The notes under the pieces were generated by a model. The model saw only the letters and a list, made by a program, of their open reading frames with translations. It was not told the origin of the DNA and did not search any database. From contig JAWLHY010000008.1 in NCBI GenBank assembly GCA_041690135.1, positions 96,001 through 160,000 on the forward strand: a stretch of 64,000 nt of DNA, in the 5' to 3' direction. A program made the translations under genes and the position numbers. Positions 28,436 through 37,730 of the stretch are shown here, piece after piece. How positions within the stretch are numbered: the stretch's first letter is position 1; each line of letters opens with the position of its first letter. The stretch comes from Armatimonadota bacterium (lineage in GTDB: Bacteria > Armatimonadota > SYMT01).

Positions 28436-29152
28436 ATGTACAGATCTTCCGGCCCTCTGGGCCCCGAGGGCGAGGAAGCCCGTACGACGACCGACGCCGT
28501 TTACTACCGGATGCGAAGAGAGATTGCCACGGGCGTGTTAGCCCCAGGAACCCAACTCGTGCACCGGAAGCTCGCCCAGCGAATGGGCACCAGCACCATC
28601 CCGGTGGTCGACGCCTTGCGTCGGCTGGAAGGGGCAGGATTGCTGGAAACCACGCCAGGCCAGGGAACGCGGGTACGGAAGTGGGAGCCGCACGAGGTCC
28701 AGGAGGCTTACCTGATCCGGGCCGCACACGAGGGTGTGGCTTGCCGGCTCTTCGTCCAACGTGGGACGGAGGAAGAGTTGACGGCAGTGGAAGCGTTAGC
28801 CGCAGAATTCGACGCAGCGGCTCGGGCAGGTCAGGCGGAAGTGTGCAACGTCACCGACGAACGGATCCATTTGCTGATCGCACAGGGAGCCCGCTCCCGG
28901 GAATTGCTGCGGTTAGTGGAGAACTCAGGGCTGGTGTTGCTTACCATCGGCCGAACGATGCTGCCCTTGGAACTGGCGAATGAGCGGGAAGTGGGGCCAC
29001 TGGGGATCCACGATTCCCTGATCGCGGCCCTGAAGTCCGGTGAGTCGGGCCGCGCGGAACACGAAGGTCGCGAACACGTGTTGGAAGCCTGGGGCCGGAT
29101 AGCGCCCCGGTTGGCGAAGCATTACCGGCACTTGAACATTCTTCCTGGCTGA
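28436..29152 (+). CDS. GntR family (FCD) transcriptional regulator
   Basis: VYYRMRREIATGVLAPG...LAQRMGTSTIPVVDALRRLEGAGLL; FCD region with His residues (RIHLLI, IHDSLI). Confidence 0.92.
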   Translation: MYRSSGPLGPEGEEARTTTDAVYYRMRREIATGVLAPGTQLVHRKLAQRMGTSTIPVVDALRRLEGAGLLETTPGQGTRVRKWEPHEVQEAYLIRAAHEGVACRLFVQRGTEEELTAVEALAAEFDAAARAGQAEVCNVTDERIHLLIAQGARSRELLRLVENSGLVLLTIGRTMLPLELANEREVGPLGIHDSLIAALKSGESGRAEHEGREHVLEAWGRIAPRLAKHYRHLNILPG

Positions 29153-29216
29153 CCTCGCGGGTGGGGTCGCCGGGAGCCGGAACACCCGCAGTTGCTTCGG
29201 ATAAGGAGCGATCACT

Positions 29217-29981
29217 ATGGTACGGCGAAGAGGGTTTACCCTGATCGAACTGCTCGTGGTCATAGCCATTATCGCGATTCTGGCAGCCATTCTCTTCCCG
29301 GTGTTTGCGCAGGCAAGGGAAGCAGCGCGCAAAGCTTCGTGCATCAACAACATGAAGCAGATCGGCACCGGCTGGATCATGTACGCGCAGGACTACGATG
29401 AAACGGTGGCATGGCGTCTGGTCTGCGCCACCACTGGCGGAGACTTCTCCACCGGGTGCGGTGAAATTGGGGTCACCACGGCCGCGCAGTACCTGCAGAC
29501 CACGCCCGGAATGCTGGACCCGTACATCAAGAATAAGCAGATCTGGGCCTGCCCTTCCGCCACCCCCAAAGGCAATCCCGACCCCAGCCAGGGGACCGTG
29601 GTCTCCAATTACGGCTTCAACGACTGGTACATGCAGTACGCGGAATCGAGCGCGGGGGGCTGGGGAAGCGCCCGGACCTACGACGCGCGCATCAAAGGAA
29701 AAATGGGCCTCGCGATCCTGGAGATGCCGGCCGACACGGTGGTCATGACGGATGCCATCCCCACGCCCCCGCACCGAGGCGGACCGTATTGGGCCATGTA
29801 CCACGCGAATCCCCGGGAAAACAACTTCATGGCGCCTCTGCATGCCGGCGGAACCGTAGCCCTGATGGCGGACGGCCACGTGAAGTGGTTCCGACAAACC
29901 ATGCTGAACGGAAACCACAACGGCATCGGTTACTACTACTGGAAGGTCAACAAGTCGGTGGCGGTCGGGTTCTACCCGTAG
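29217..29981 (+). CDS. DUF1559-type prepilin N-terminal cleavage/methylation protein with H-X9-DG motif
   Basis: [35 protein letters not shown]...CINNMKQIG...YAQDYDE; [26 protein letters not shown]. Confidence 0.94.
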   Translation: MVRRRGFTLIELLVVIAIIAILAAILFPVFAQAREAARKASCINNMKQIGTGWIMYAQDYDETVAWRLVCATTGGDFSTGCGEIGVTTAAQYLQTTPGMLDPYIKNKQIWACPSATPKGNPDPSQGTVVSNYGFNDWYMQYAESSAGGWGSARTYDARIKGKMGLAILEMPADTVVMTDAIPTPPHRGGPYWAMYHANPRENNFMAPLHAGGTVALMADGHVKWFRQTMLNGNHNGIGYYYWKVNKSVAVGFYP

Positions 29982-29997
29982 GCAAGTGGGGTGTTCA

Positions 29998-30228
29998 ATG
30001 AGGATAAGCAAGTTGGGTCGGACATCGACCCTTGTCGGCTGCCTGATGGCGGGTAGTCTGGTCTATCTGAGCGGGTGCAGCCAGCCACAGGCGCCGAAGG
30101 ACCCGAGCATCCCGCCTCCCATGGCCTCGCCGGTGCCGCCCGCGGCCATGGGCACGGCCCCCCAGGCTACGCCTACCGGCGGTCCCACGCCGGACGGCGG
30201 ACCCGTGTCGGGCGGGACAGTTCGATGA
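29998..30228 (+). CDS. Small Pro-rich lipoprotein
   Basis: Basic N-terminus, hydrophobic stretch, lipobox LSGC, Pro/Ala/Gly-rich tail. Directly downstream of the DUF1559 gene. Confidence 0.7.
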   Translation: MRISKLGRTSTLVGCLMAGSLVYLSGCSQPQAPKDPSIPPPMASPVPPAAMGTAPQATPTGGPTPDGGPVSGGTVR

Positions 30229-30475
30229 TTGCCATTGGATAGCGATGGTTGAGGGGTGGGGTGGGTAGTTACGGCGACTCAAGAAGCTGCGGTGACCCAG
30301 GAGACCTCACCCCCGCCACCCACTTCGTGGTTACCCCCCACCCCCACCCACTCCGTGGGTACCCGGTGCCCGGCTCTGACACAGAGTGGGGGAATTCCGT
30401 GCCCATGGCAGGTCGAGATTTCCAGTTGTTCGCTACCGTTTTCGAGGCTGTGGCGCTGAATGCTAATACACGGGA

Positions 30476-32119
30476 GTGGAGGCGAGGACCGCTCCAACAT
30501 TGCCAATGCAAATGCCTTCTGCGATACTCCGACGCACCGTAGCGGCCGCCATTCTGATCGTGACGGGGTTGCTCCCCGCAGTTTCCGCCGGAGAGGCGGT
30601 TTCCCTCACCGCAAAAGACCTCACCCAAATGGGTGGCAAATGGGAGCGAGAGGGAGGCGAACTACGGCAGAGCGATCCCCACGGGCGCGCTTTCGCCGTC
30701 CTGCGCCGCAAGCCGTTTTCGTCCACCCGGCTGGGCTTCCGCTTTCGGGTGGAGCCTAGCGGGAGCGGTGTTAGGGCCGCGGGGGCGATCATCCGGTCTA
30801 CCAACAGCGAGACTTATTACGGCGTGCATTTCGACTGCCGCAACAACCAGGTGGTGCTGTACGCCAGCCCCTGGGAAGTGATTTCCCGGAAGCCCGTGGT
30901 GCTTGAGGAGGACCGCTGGTACGCGGCGACGGTCGAGGCGCGGGGGGAGCGGTTGACGGTGGCGCTGGATGGTCAGCCCGTTATGGAAGCAACCGATAGT
31001 CGCCATCCGGCTGGGGTCGTGGGGCTTTATACCAGCCAGGGGAGCGTAACATTCCGCGACGTTCAGGTGGAGGGCGAGGCGGCAAAGCTGGAGCGCCCCT
31101 GGAAGGACGTCACGCCCAGGCCCCATTACAAGATCGTGGCGTCGGGGGAGGCAGCCGGGGGCTATGCTGCATTCCCGGACCTCTGTCGCGCCCGCAGCGG
31201 CGATCTCCTCTGCGTCTATTACTCCGGGTACGGACATATATCCACGCCGAATGATGCCTGGCCCGCGGGTGGACGTGTGCAACTCGTTCGCTCGCGCGAC
31301 AACGGCAAAACGTGGAGCCGGCCGGAGACGATTGCGGATACTCCGCACGACGACCGGGACCCCCATATCGCGCTGCTCTCGGACGGGACGCTTATCTGCA
31401 ACTGGTTCGTGGCGTGGAACCCCAAGGCACCGCCTGCGGGGGAGCGTCACCGCTATGGGATGTTCCTGAGCCGCTCGCGGGACCAGGGCCGGACATGGTC
31501 CGCTCCCGAGCGCCTGGCGGTGGAAGCGCCGACCTGGTTCGTGTGCTCCGCTCCGATCCGCGAGTTGCCGGACGGGTCGCTGATCCTGGGGCTGTACACC
31601 GAGGCAGACGAAAAGAATGCCTACGGCGCCACGGTCCGCTCCACCAACGGGGGACGGACCTGGAAAGACCTGGCAACTATCGGCAAAGACGCGGGTCTCT
31701 ACCTGGATGCAGAAACGGACGTGCTCCGCCTGAAGGACGGCACCCTGCTGGCCGCGCTCCGGTCTTCCCGCACCGACCTATACTTCTCTCATTCTACGGA
31801 TGGGGGTAAGAGCTGGGGACCGGTGCGGTCCGCGGGGTTCAAGGGTCGCTGCCCTATCTTCCTCCGGACCCGGAAGGGGACGATCCTGCTGGGACAGCGT
31901 CTTCCGAATACCGCGCTCCACTGGAGCACGGATGAAGGCCAAACTTGGCGGGGACCACTGGAGATCGACTCCGTCATCGGAGCATACCCGGGTCTCGCGG
32001 AGCTGCCGGACGGCTCCGTGTACTGCGTCTACTACGAAGAGGGCGCCGGCTCCAGCATCCGGGGGGTGCGTCTCCGGCTGGATAAGAAGGGCGTTCCCTC
32101 TTTGGAGCGCCGTCGTTGA
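30476..32119 (+). CDS. Secreted protein: N-terminal DUF1080/ConA-like domain + BNR sialidase-like beta-propeller
   Basis: Signal-like segment; WYAATVEARGERLTVALDG...GVVGL...VTFRDVQV; Asp boxes SRDNGKTW, SRDQGRTW, STNGGRTW, STDGGKSW, STDEGQTW. Start may be 30506/30512. Confidence 0.87.
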   Translation: MEARTAPTLPMQMPSAILRRTVAAAILIVTGLLPAVSAGEAVSLTAKDLTQMGGKWEREGGELRQSDPHGRAFAVLRRKPFSSTRLGFRFRVEPSGSGVRAAGAIIRSTNSETYYGVHFDCRNNQVVLYASPWEVISRKPVVLEEDRWYAATVEARGERLTVALDGQPVMEATDSRHPAGVVGLYTSQGSVTFRDVQVEGEAAKLERPWKDVTPRPHYKIVASGEAAGGYAAFPDLCRARSGDLLCVYYSGYGHISTPNDAWPAGGRVQLVRSRDNGKTWSRPETIADTPHDDRDPHIALLSDGTLICNWFVAWNPKAPPAGERHRYGMFLSRSRDQGRTWSAPERLAVEAPTWFVCSAPIRELPDGSLILGLYTEADEKNAYGATVRSTNGGRTWKDLATIGKDAGLYLDAETDVLRLKDGTLLAALRSSRTDLYFSHSTDGGKSWGPVRSAGFKGRCPIFLRTRKGTILLGQRLPNTALHWSTDEGQTWRGPLEIDSVIGAYPGLAELPDGSVYCVYYEEGAGSSIRGVRLRLDKKGVPSLERRR

Positions 32120-32168
32120 CGTCGCCGGCGGATCTCGCGTGCCGGCTTTGGGGAACGAGGGAAGTAAG

Positions 32169-32921
32169 ATGAGTTTCGTGGATTACCGGGACCGGTTTGT
32201 CCGGGACGGCTTCGTCATTATTCCCGGCTTTCTGTCCGGTGCCGCCCTGAGCGAGGTGAGGAGCAACCTGGACCGCTACATCCGAGAGATCGTGCCCGGC
32301 CTCCCCGAATCCGACGCCTTTTATGTCGACCGCAGCCGGCCGGAGACGCTCAAACAGCTTCAGCACATGAACGGCGATCCGTACTTCGAATCCTACAGCC
32401 GCAACCCGCACTGGTTGGGCCTCGCGCAGGATCTTCTCGGTGAGGAAGCCCGCAGCCGCGGTCCGGAATGGTTCAACAAGCCGCCGGGCACCGAGGCGCC
32501 GACTCCTCCCCATCAGGACAACTACTACTTCAACCTCAAGCCGCCGAATGTGCTCACCGTGTGGGTAGCCCTGGAGCCGGTGGATGAGGAGAACGGGTGC
32601 CTTCGCTACGTTCCGGGCTCCCACCAGGAAGGGATTCGCCCGCACGGACGCTCCGCCATTCTGGGCTTCTCGCAGGGAATCACTGACTACGGTCCGGCAG
32701 ATGTAGAGCGGGAGGTGCGCGTCTGTCTCCAGCCCGGCGATGCCGCCGTTCATCACGGAAATACCATTCATCGAGCCGATCCGAACCGGTCCGGCACGCG
32801 CCATCGCCCGGCCTTCGCCATGGTGCTGGAGGGAGTCAGTTGCCGCCGTGATGAGGAAGCCTACGCGCGCTATCTCACCGCGCTCCGGGAACAACACGCG
32901 GCCCTGGGTCAGCAGTCGTGA
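32169..32921 (+). CDS. Phytanoyl-CoA dioxygenase (PhyH) family Fe(II)/2OG enzyme
   Basis: DGFVIIPGFL, FNKPP, PHQDNYY, WVALE..DEENGCLRYVPGSH, HHGNTIH. Start ATG 32169. Confidence 0.92.
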   Translation: MSFVDYRDRFVRDGFVIIPGFLSGAALSEVRSNLDRYIREIVPGLPESDAFYVDRSRPETLKQLQHMNGDPYFESYSRNPHWLGLAQDLLGEEARSRGPEWFNKPPGTEAPTPPHQDNYYFNLKPPNVLTVWVALEPVDEENGCLRYVPGSHQEGIRPHGRSAILGFSQGITDYGPADVEREVRVCLQPGDAAVHHGNTIHRADPNRSGTRHRPAFAMVLEGVSCRRDEEAYARYLTALREQHAALGQQS

Positions 32922-33973
32922 GAGCGTCCTCACCGCTGGTGCTGAACGACCTGGATCGCCGGATCTGGGCCGAAGAGCTGGACGGGTTCGTGCCCCGGCG
33001 GGTGTTCGACGTCCACACCCACCTCTACCGGTGGGAGCATTTCCGGGACCCGGAAAAGGAAGCGGGTCCCTACCGGGAAATGTTGGGCGGCATCTGGGGC
33101 AACGCGACCCGGGCACTGGCGGACGCGTGCGAAGCGGTGTTGCTGCCGGGTCGCGAGGTGCATCGCCTTGCGTTTCCGTTTCCTTTCCCGCACGATTGTG
33201 ATTTCGCGGCGGCGAATGGGTTCCTGGCGGACGAACTCGCGGGAGATCCCGCGTCGGCGGGGCTCCTGCTCGTCCATCCCGGCATGGCACCTGAGGAAGC
33301 GGAAGCACAAGTCGAGCGGTACGGGTTCCTGGGGTTCAAGCCGTACCGGTTCTACTCCCGGACGGGTGACGCGGTGGAGTGCCGCATCACCGACTTCATC
33401 CCAGAGGCGCTGATCGAGGTAGCGGACCGGCGCGGGCTCCTGATCATGCTGCACCTGGCGAAGCGAGACGCCATTGCGGACCCGGAGAACCAGCGGGATC
33501 TGGCGGATCTCTGCGAACGGTACCCCAAGGCCCGGTGGATCCTGGCGCACTGCGCCCGCGGCTATTCGGCGTGGGCGATCGACCAGGCCGCGGCGGTGCT
33601 GCGAGACCTCACGAACGTGTGGTATGACACCTCATCGGTCTGTGAGACCGACGCGATCCTGGCGCTCTACCGCGCGGTCGGACCGGAGCGGGTGATGTAC
33701 GGCAGCGACGACCTGCCGGTGGGGGTGCTGCGGGGCAAGTACATCGCCTTCGGCCGTGCGTGGGCCTACCTTTCGGAGGCGAACCACCGCCTCGGGCTCT
33801 CCCACTGCGACCCGCGGATGACGTTCACCCGGTACGAGCAACTCCGCGCGATGCGCAGGGCCGCGGACTGCATGGGGCTTACCCCGGCCCACCACCAGGC
33901 GATCTTCCACGACACAGCCGCGGGGCTGATCGCGGCCGTGCGCCGTCAGTTGGCCGGAGGGAGAGACCAATGA
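32918..33973 (+). CDS. Amidohydrolase family (Amidohydro_2) metal-dependent hydrolase/decarboxylase
   Basis: FDVHTH, GFKPY, MLHL, ILAHCAR, WYDTSS, VMYGSDD. Confidence 0.88.
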   Translation: MRASSPLVLNDLDRRIWAEELDGFVPRRVFDVHTHLYRWEHFRDPEKEAGPYREMLGGIWGNATRALADACEAVLLPGREVHRLAFPFPFPHDCDFAAANGFLADELAGDPASAGLLLVHPGMAPEEAEAQVERYGFLGFKPYRFYSRTGDAVECRITDFIPEALIEVADRRGLLIMLHLAKRDAIADPENQRDLADLCERYPKARWILAHCARGYSAWAIDQAAAVLRDLTNVWYDTSSVCETDAILALYRAVGPERVMYGSDDLPVGVLRGKYIAFGRAWAYLSEANHRLGLSHCDPRMTFTRYEQLRAMRRAADCMGLTPAHHQAIFHDTAAGLIAAVRRQLAGGRDQ

Positions 33974-34914
33974 ACCCGGAGCCCCTGGTCTATCTCAACG
34001 GGCGCTTTACTCCCGCTTCGCAGGCGCACCTGGCCATCTACGATGCCGGCATCGTGCTCGGCGCCACCGTCACGGAGATGACGCGCACCTTCCGCCACCG
34101 CCTGTGGCGGTTGGACGATCACCTGGCGCGCCTCTATCGGGCGTTGCGGTACACGCGGATGGAGATTGGTCTCTCCCCGCAAGAACTGGCGGCCGTTTCG
34201 CACGAATTGGTCAAACGGAACGCCGCGCTCCTGCCGCATCCGGAGGACGAGCTCGGCCTGATCCACTTCGTGACTGCCGGTGAATTCCCCACCTATGCGG
34301 GCTCCGCGGGCGGCGGGGCGCGGACTACCCCGACGGTGTGCGCTCACACCTTTGTGATGCCGTGGGAACTCTGGGCCGAAAAGATGCGCACCGGCATCCA
34401 CCTGGTGACGCCCTCGATCCGTCACGTGCCGCCGCAGTGTTACGATCCCAAGATGAAATACCGCAGCCGGATGCATTACTTCCTGGCCGACCAGGAAGCG
34501 CGGCTCGTCGACCCGTCCGCCGCTGCGTTGCTGCTGGACCTCGACGGCAATCTCACGGAGACCAGCGGCGCTAACTTCTTGATGGTAGAACGGGGGACGA
34601 TCGTCTCGCCGCCCGAGCGGAACATCCTGCCGGGGATCAGCCGCGCGACGGTAATCGAGCTTGCGGCACGCCTCGGCATTCCGTTCGCCGAACGAGATCT
34701 CCAGGTGTTTAACGCCGTGAATGCCGACGAGGCATTTCTCTCGACGACGCCTTACTGCCTGATGCCGGTTGCACGGCTCAACGGGATCCCGATCGGCGGA
34801 GGCGTACCGGGTCCCATCTTCCGGCGGTTGCTCGATGCGTGGAGTGAGGAGGTTGGCCTGGATATTGGAGCCCAGATCGAACAGGGGGCGCTCCGGCGAA
34901 CCGTGCGGCACTGA
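33970..34914 (+). CDS. Class IV aminotransferase (BCAT/D-amino acid aminotransferase/ADC lyase family)
   Basis: VYLNG, DDHLARL, PKMK, ETSGANF, ILPGISR, ADEAFLSTT. Confidence 0.9.
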   Translation: MNPEPLVYLNGRFTPASQAHLAIYDAGIVLGATVTEMTRTFRHRLWRLDDHLARLYRALRYTRMEIGLSPQELAAVSHELVKRNAALLPHPEDELGLIHFVTAGEFPTYAGSAGGGARTTPTVCAHTFVMPWELWAEKMRTGIHLVTPSIRHVPPQCYDPKMKYRSRMHYFLADQEARLVDPSAAALLLDLDGNLTETSGANFLMVERGTIVSPPERNILPGISRATVIELAARLGIPFAERDLQVFNAVNADEAFLSTTPYCLMPVARLNGIPIGGGVPGPIFRRLLDAWSEEVGLDIGAQIEQGALRRTVRH

Positions 34915-34959
34915 TGGGTTGCCTCTCGATCCGTATTCCGGAGCGCCTTCCGCCTGTTC

Positions 34960-36021
34960 CTACTCCGCGTCCACCGGCGTGACCGTGCACTCCGAGAGGT
35001 GGGTCCCGCGCAGTAGCCCCAACCGCACCGGTTCGCCGGCCGAAACTCGCGCCAGGATACGCTGTACGTGGTCGATAGTCGCGGCGGGCTCGCCATTCAC
35101 CGTGACCAGCAGGTCGCCGCGCACGATGCCCGCGCGCTCCATGGGGGATCCGGGCAGCACCTCGTGGATGTAGACCCCCGTCCGCGTGGTACGGCTCATC
35201 GCCACGACCTGTCCCGGTGAAAGGGGCACGTTCCGCCCGGTGAAGCCGAGGTAAACGCGCTTGACCTTACCGGTGGTGATCAACTGCCCCGCCACCCAGG
35301 TGGCCGTGTTCGACGGGACCGCGAAGCAGAGGCCCTGCGCCCCGGAGATGATCGCGGTATTGATCCCGATGACCCGCCCGTGCGAATCGACCAGCGGTCC
35401 GCCGGAGTTGCCGGGGTTCAGTGCTGCGTCCGTCTGGATGATCTCCTCGATGAGACGGCCCGACTGGCTCCGCAGGGAACGCCCCAGGGCACTCACCACG
35501 CCGGTGGTGACGGTCGCCTCGAAGCCCAGCGGGTTACCGATTGCCACCACGAGCTGGCCCACGCGCAGCCGCTCGGAGTTCCCCAACACCGCTGCGGGCA
35601 GGCCGGACGTATCGACCCGCACCACAGCCAGGTCCGTGCTCGGATCGGCGCCGACCACGCGGGCCGGAAGGGTACGGCCGTCGGCGAGACCCACTTCCAG
35701 GCGGGCGGCGTCCTGCACCACGTGGGCATTCGTGAGGATGTAGCCGTCGGGCGCCAGGATCACGCCGGATCCGCTGCCGGTGGGGACCCACTCTCCCTGG
35801 CGCGGGTGACGAGGGTCCTTCACCTGATCCAGGCGCGCGAGATGAACGACGGTGGGGCCGACATCTTCCACCACCTGGATGACGGCACGCGAGTAGGAGT
35901 CCAGCAGTTCCAGGTCGCGCGCTGCCTGCTCCCGGTGCGCCGGGTCGGTCGTCCGCCCTAGATAGGGATGGTTTTTGGGTGTTGTGGTTATCATCTGCTT
36001 CGTTTCCGCTACTGCAGCCAT
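34960..36021 (-). CDS. HtrA/DegS-like trypsin serine protease with one PDZ domain
   Basis: GSGSG, TNAHVV, DLAV, QTDAALNPGNSGGPL, C-terminal PDZ. No evident signal peptide. Confidence 0.93.
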   Translation of the reverse strand: MAAVAETKQMITTTPKNHPYLGRTTDPAHREQAARDLELLDSYSRAVIQVVEDVGPTVVHLARLDQVKDPRHPRQGEWVPTGSGSGVILAPDGYILTNAHVVQDAARLEVGLADGRTLPARVVGADPSTDLAVVRVDTSGLPAAVLGNSERLRVGQLVVAIGNPLGFEATVTTGVVSALGRSLRSQSGRLIEEIIQTDAALNPGNSGGPLVDSHGRVIGINTAIISGAQGLCFAVPSNTATWVAGQLITTGKVKRVYLGFTGRNVPLSPGQVVAMSRTTRTGVYIHEVLPGSPMERAGIVRGDLLVTVNGEPAATIDHVQRILARVSAGEPVRLGLLRGTHLSECTVTPVDAE

Positions 36022-36088
36022 GTTAGTGCTTTAAAAAGTAAAGTGTAAATGCCGGTATAGGGACGACGTTGCGGGAAGGGCGTGACTA

Positions 36089-36904
36089 ATGCGGGAGATC
36101 CGAGATTGGCACACCAACCGGGTGTTATGGATCGTGGATAGCCACGCGCTTGCGGGAGCTTTGCTTGTGGGTGCGGAACTCGACCGGGCTATGCTTCAAG
36201 AGCAGGATCTTGCCGGGATTGACCTCCGGGGGGCCTCGCTGCGATCCGCCCTTCTCTTCCGGTCGGATCTCCGCGACGCTGATCTGCAGGAGGCTCAACT
36301 TGTCCAGGCCGATCTTCATCAGGCGGATCTCCGCGGAGCGAACTTGCGAAACGCACGTCTTGCGGGTGCTAACCTGCGCGATGCGGACCTCCGCGCGGCC
36401 GAACTTAGTGGAGCACTGCTTTCTCGGGTCAATCTTCTCGGGTCGCGGATCGACACCAGTACTCGCCTGGACATCCGGTGGCGCAAAGTGTGGGAAATCG
36501 TGAACGAGCCGAGTATTGGTCGCTTGCTGTGCGGTTTCGACCTCGCGGACGCACACCTGGCCGGTGCGTGCCTTACGGGGGCGGACTTGAAGGGCGCGCG
36601 GCTAGAACATGCTGATCTCCGGGGTGCGGACCTTACCTCGGCCGATCTGCGGGGCACAAACCTATGGTGTGCGGCGGGTGAAGAGGCAAGATTCGATGGT
36701 GCCCAACTTCTGACTGCCGACCTTCGGCACGCGCGGCTGTCCGGGGCATCGTTCCAGGGGGCAGACCTCCGCGGAGCGGATTTTCGGGATAGTGAGCTAT
36801 ATGAGGCAGACTTGACCTCTGCCAACCTCGAGGGGGTGGCATTTGGCGGAGCACGGTACAACAGCGAAACGCGGTGGCCGGAGGGGTTTGGACCTCCGGA
36901 GTAG
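36089..36904 (+). CDS. Pentapeptide repeat protein
   Basis: Two runs of A(D/N)L(R/x)x repeats separated by a WRKVWEIVN linker; ends YNSETRWPEGF. Confidence 0.93.
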   Translation: MREIRDWHTNRVLWIVDSHALAGALLVGAELDRAMLQEQDLAGIDLRGASLRSALLFRSDLRDADLQEAQLVQADLHQADLRGANLRNARLAGANLRDADLRAAELSGALLSRVNLLGSRIDTSTRLDIRWRKVWEIVNEPSIGRLLCGFDLADAHLAGACLTGADLKGARLEHADLRGADLTSADLRGTNLWCAAGEEARFDGAQLLTADLRHARLSGASFQGADLRGADFRDSELYEADLTSANLEGVAFGGARYNSETRWPEGFGPPE

Positions 36905-36920
36905 GCACCTGGGTGGGTGA

Positions 36921-37427
36921 TTGAAGCCGCGAATGCTGGGCCCTGTAGATGGGACCGCACGCAGCCTCACAGGGGTCTGGACTCAACAGAACATGCCATC
37001 TTTGGAAAAGCACATGCGAAGGCTCCGAGCGATCATCGAACGCGACTACACCGCGAGCCTGTTGAACGCGACGAAATGGATGGAGGTCTTCGCAGCCCTC
37101 CACCGGCTTCCCCTCTGGTGGCGCCTCAAGCTCATCACCACCGAGCAACCGTGTAATTGGGGCAAGGGAGTTCAGGCAAGCAGCACAGCCGCGCACCTCC
37201 CCTTCGGTTGGGTGGAGGGGTGCGGTTATTCCCCATTCATGGCGTTGGAGATAGAGTGGCTGGAGGTGCAACCGGCTGTTGAGCCGGACGAGCGGGCGCA
37301 GGGAGTAGACGAGCGGACCTGTGAGTTGGTGGAGAACCAGTTGTCCGCCATAGGGGTGGGATATGAGCGGGCGGGTGTGGTTGTGCGGGTGACGGGTCAC
37401 GTCCGCAATGTGGGGCCGGTCCCCTGA
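36921..37427 (+). CDS. Hypothetical protein (DUF6678-like)
   Basis: LNATKWMEV...EIEWLEV...VRVTGH pattern. True start possibly 36993. Confidence 0.6.
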   Translation: MKPRMLGPVDGTARSLTGVWTQQNMPSLEKHMRRLRAIIERDYTASLLNATKWMEVFAALHRLPLWWRLKLITTEQPCNWGKGVQASSTAAHLPFGWVEGCGYSPFMALEIEWLEVQPAVEPDERAQGVDERTCELVENQLSAIGVGYERAGVVVRVTGHVRNVGPVP

Positions 37428-37730
37428 ACCGCGCACCTGAAATGGGGCGCAACGGAGCGCGGACGTCTCGTCCGCCAGTGTTCGTTCACTATCAAACAAA
37501 AAGCCGCCGGGGCGAACCGCGATCCAAGCGCGATCTGCTCCGGCGACCCTGTGGAACCAGGACGAGGTTATCCGTGTTCAGGGAATTGTAGGAGCCACGG
37601 AAGGTTCGTGACGTGACCGACGGGGACGAGCCCCTCTACTACCTTCCGTGCTCCGATCAGTCCATCCCCCCGTTCCCTCGCCGTGTCGAACTCCGCGTCT
37701 CTGTGGTTCCGTGGTGAGATCTTCCAAGGG

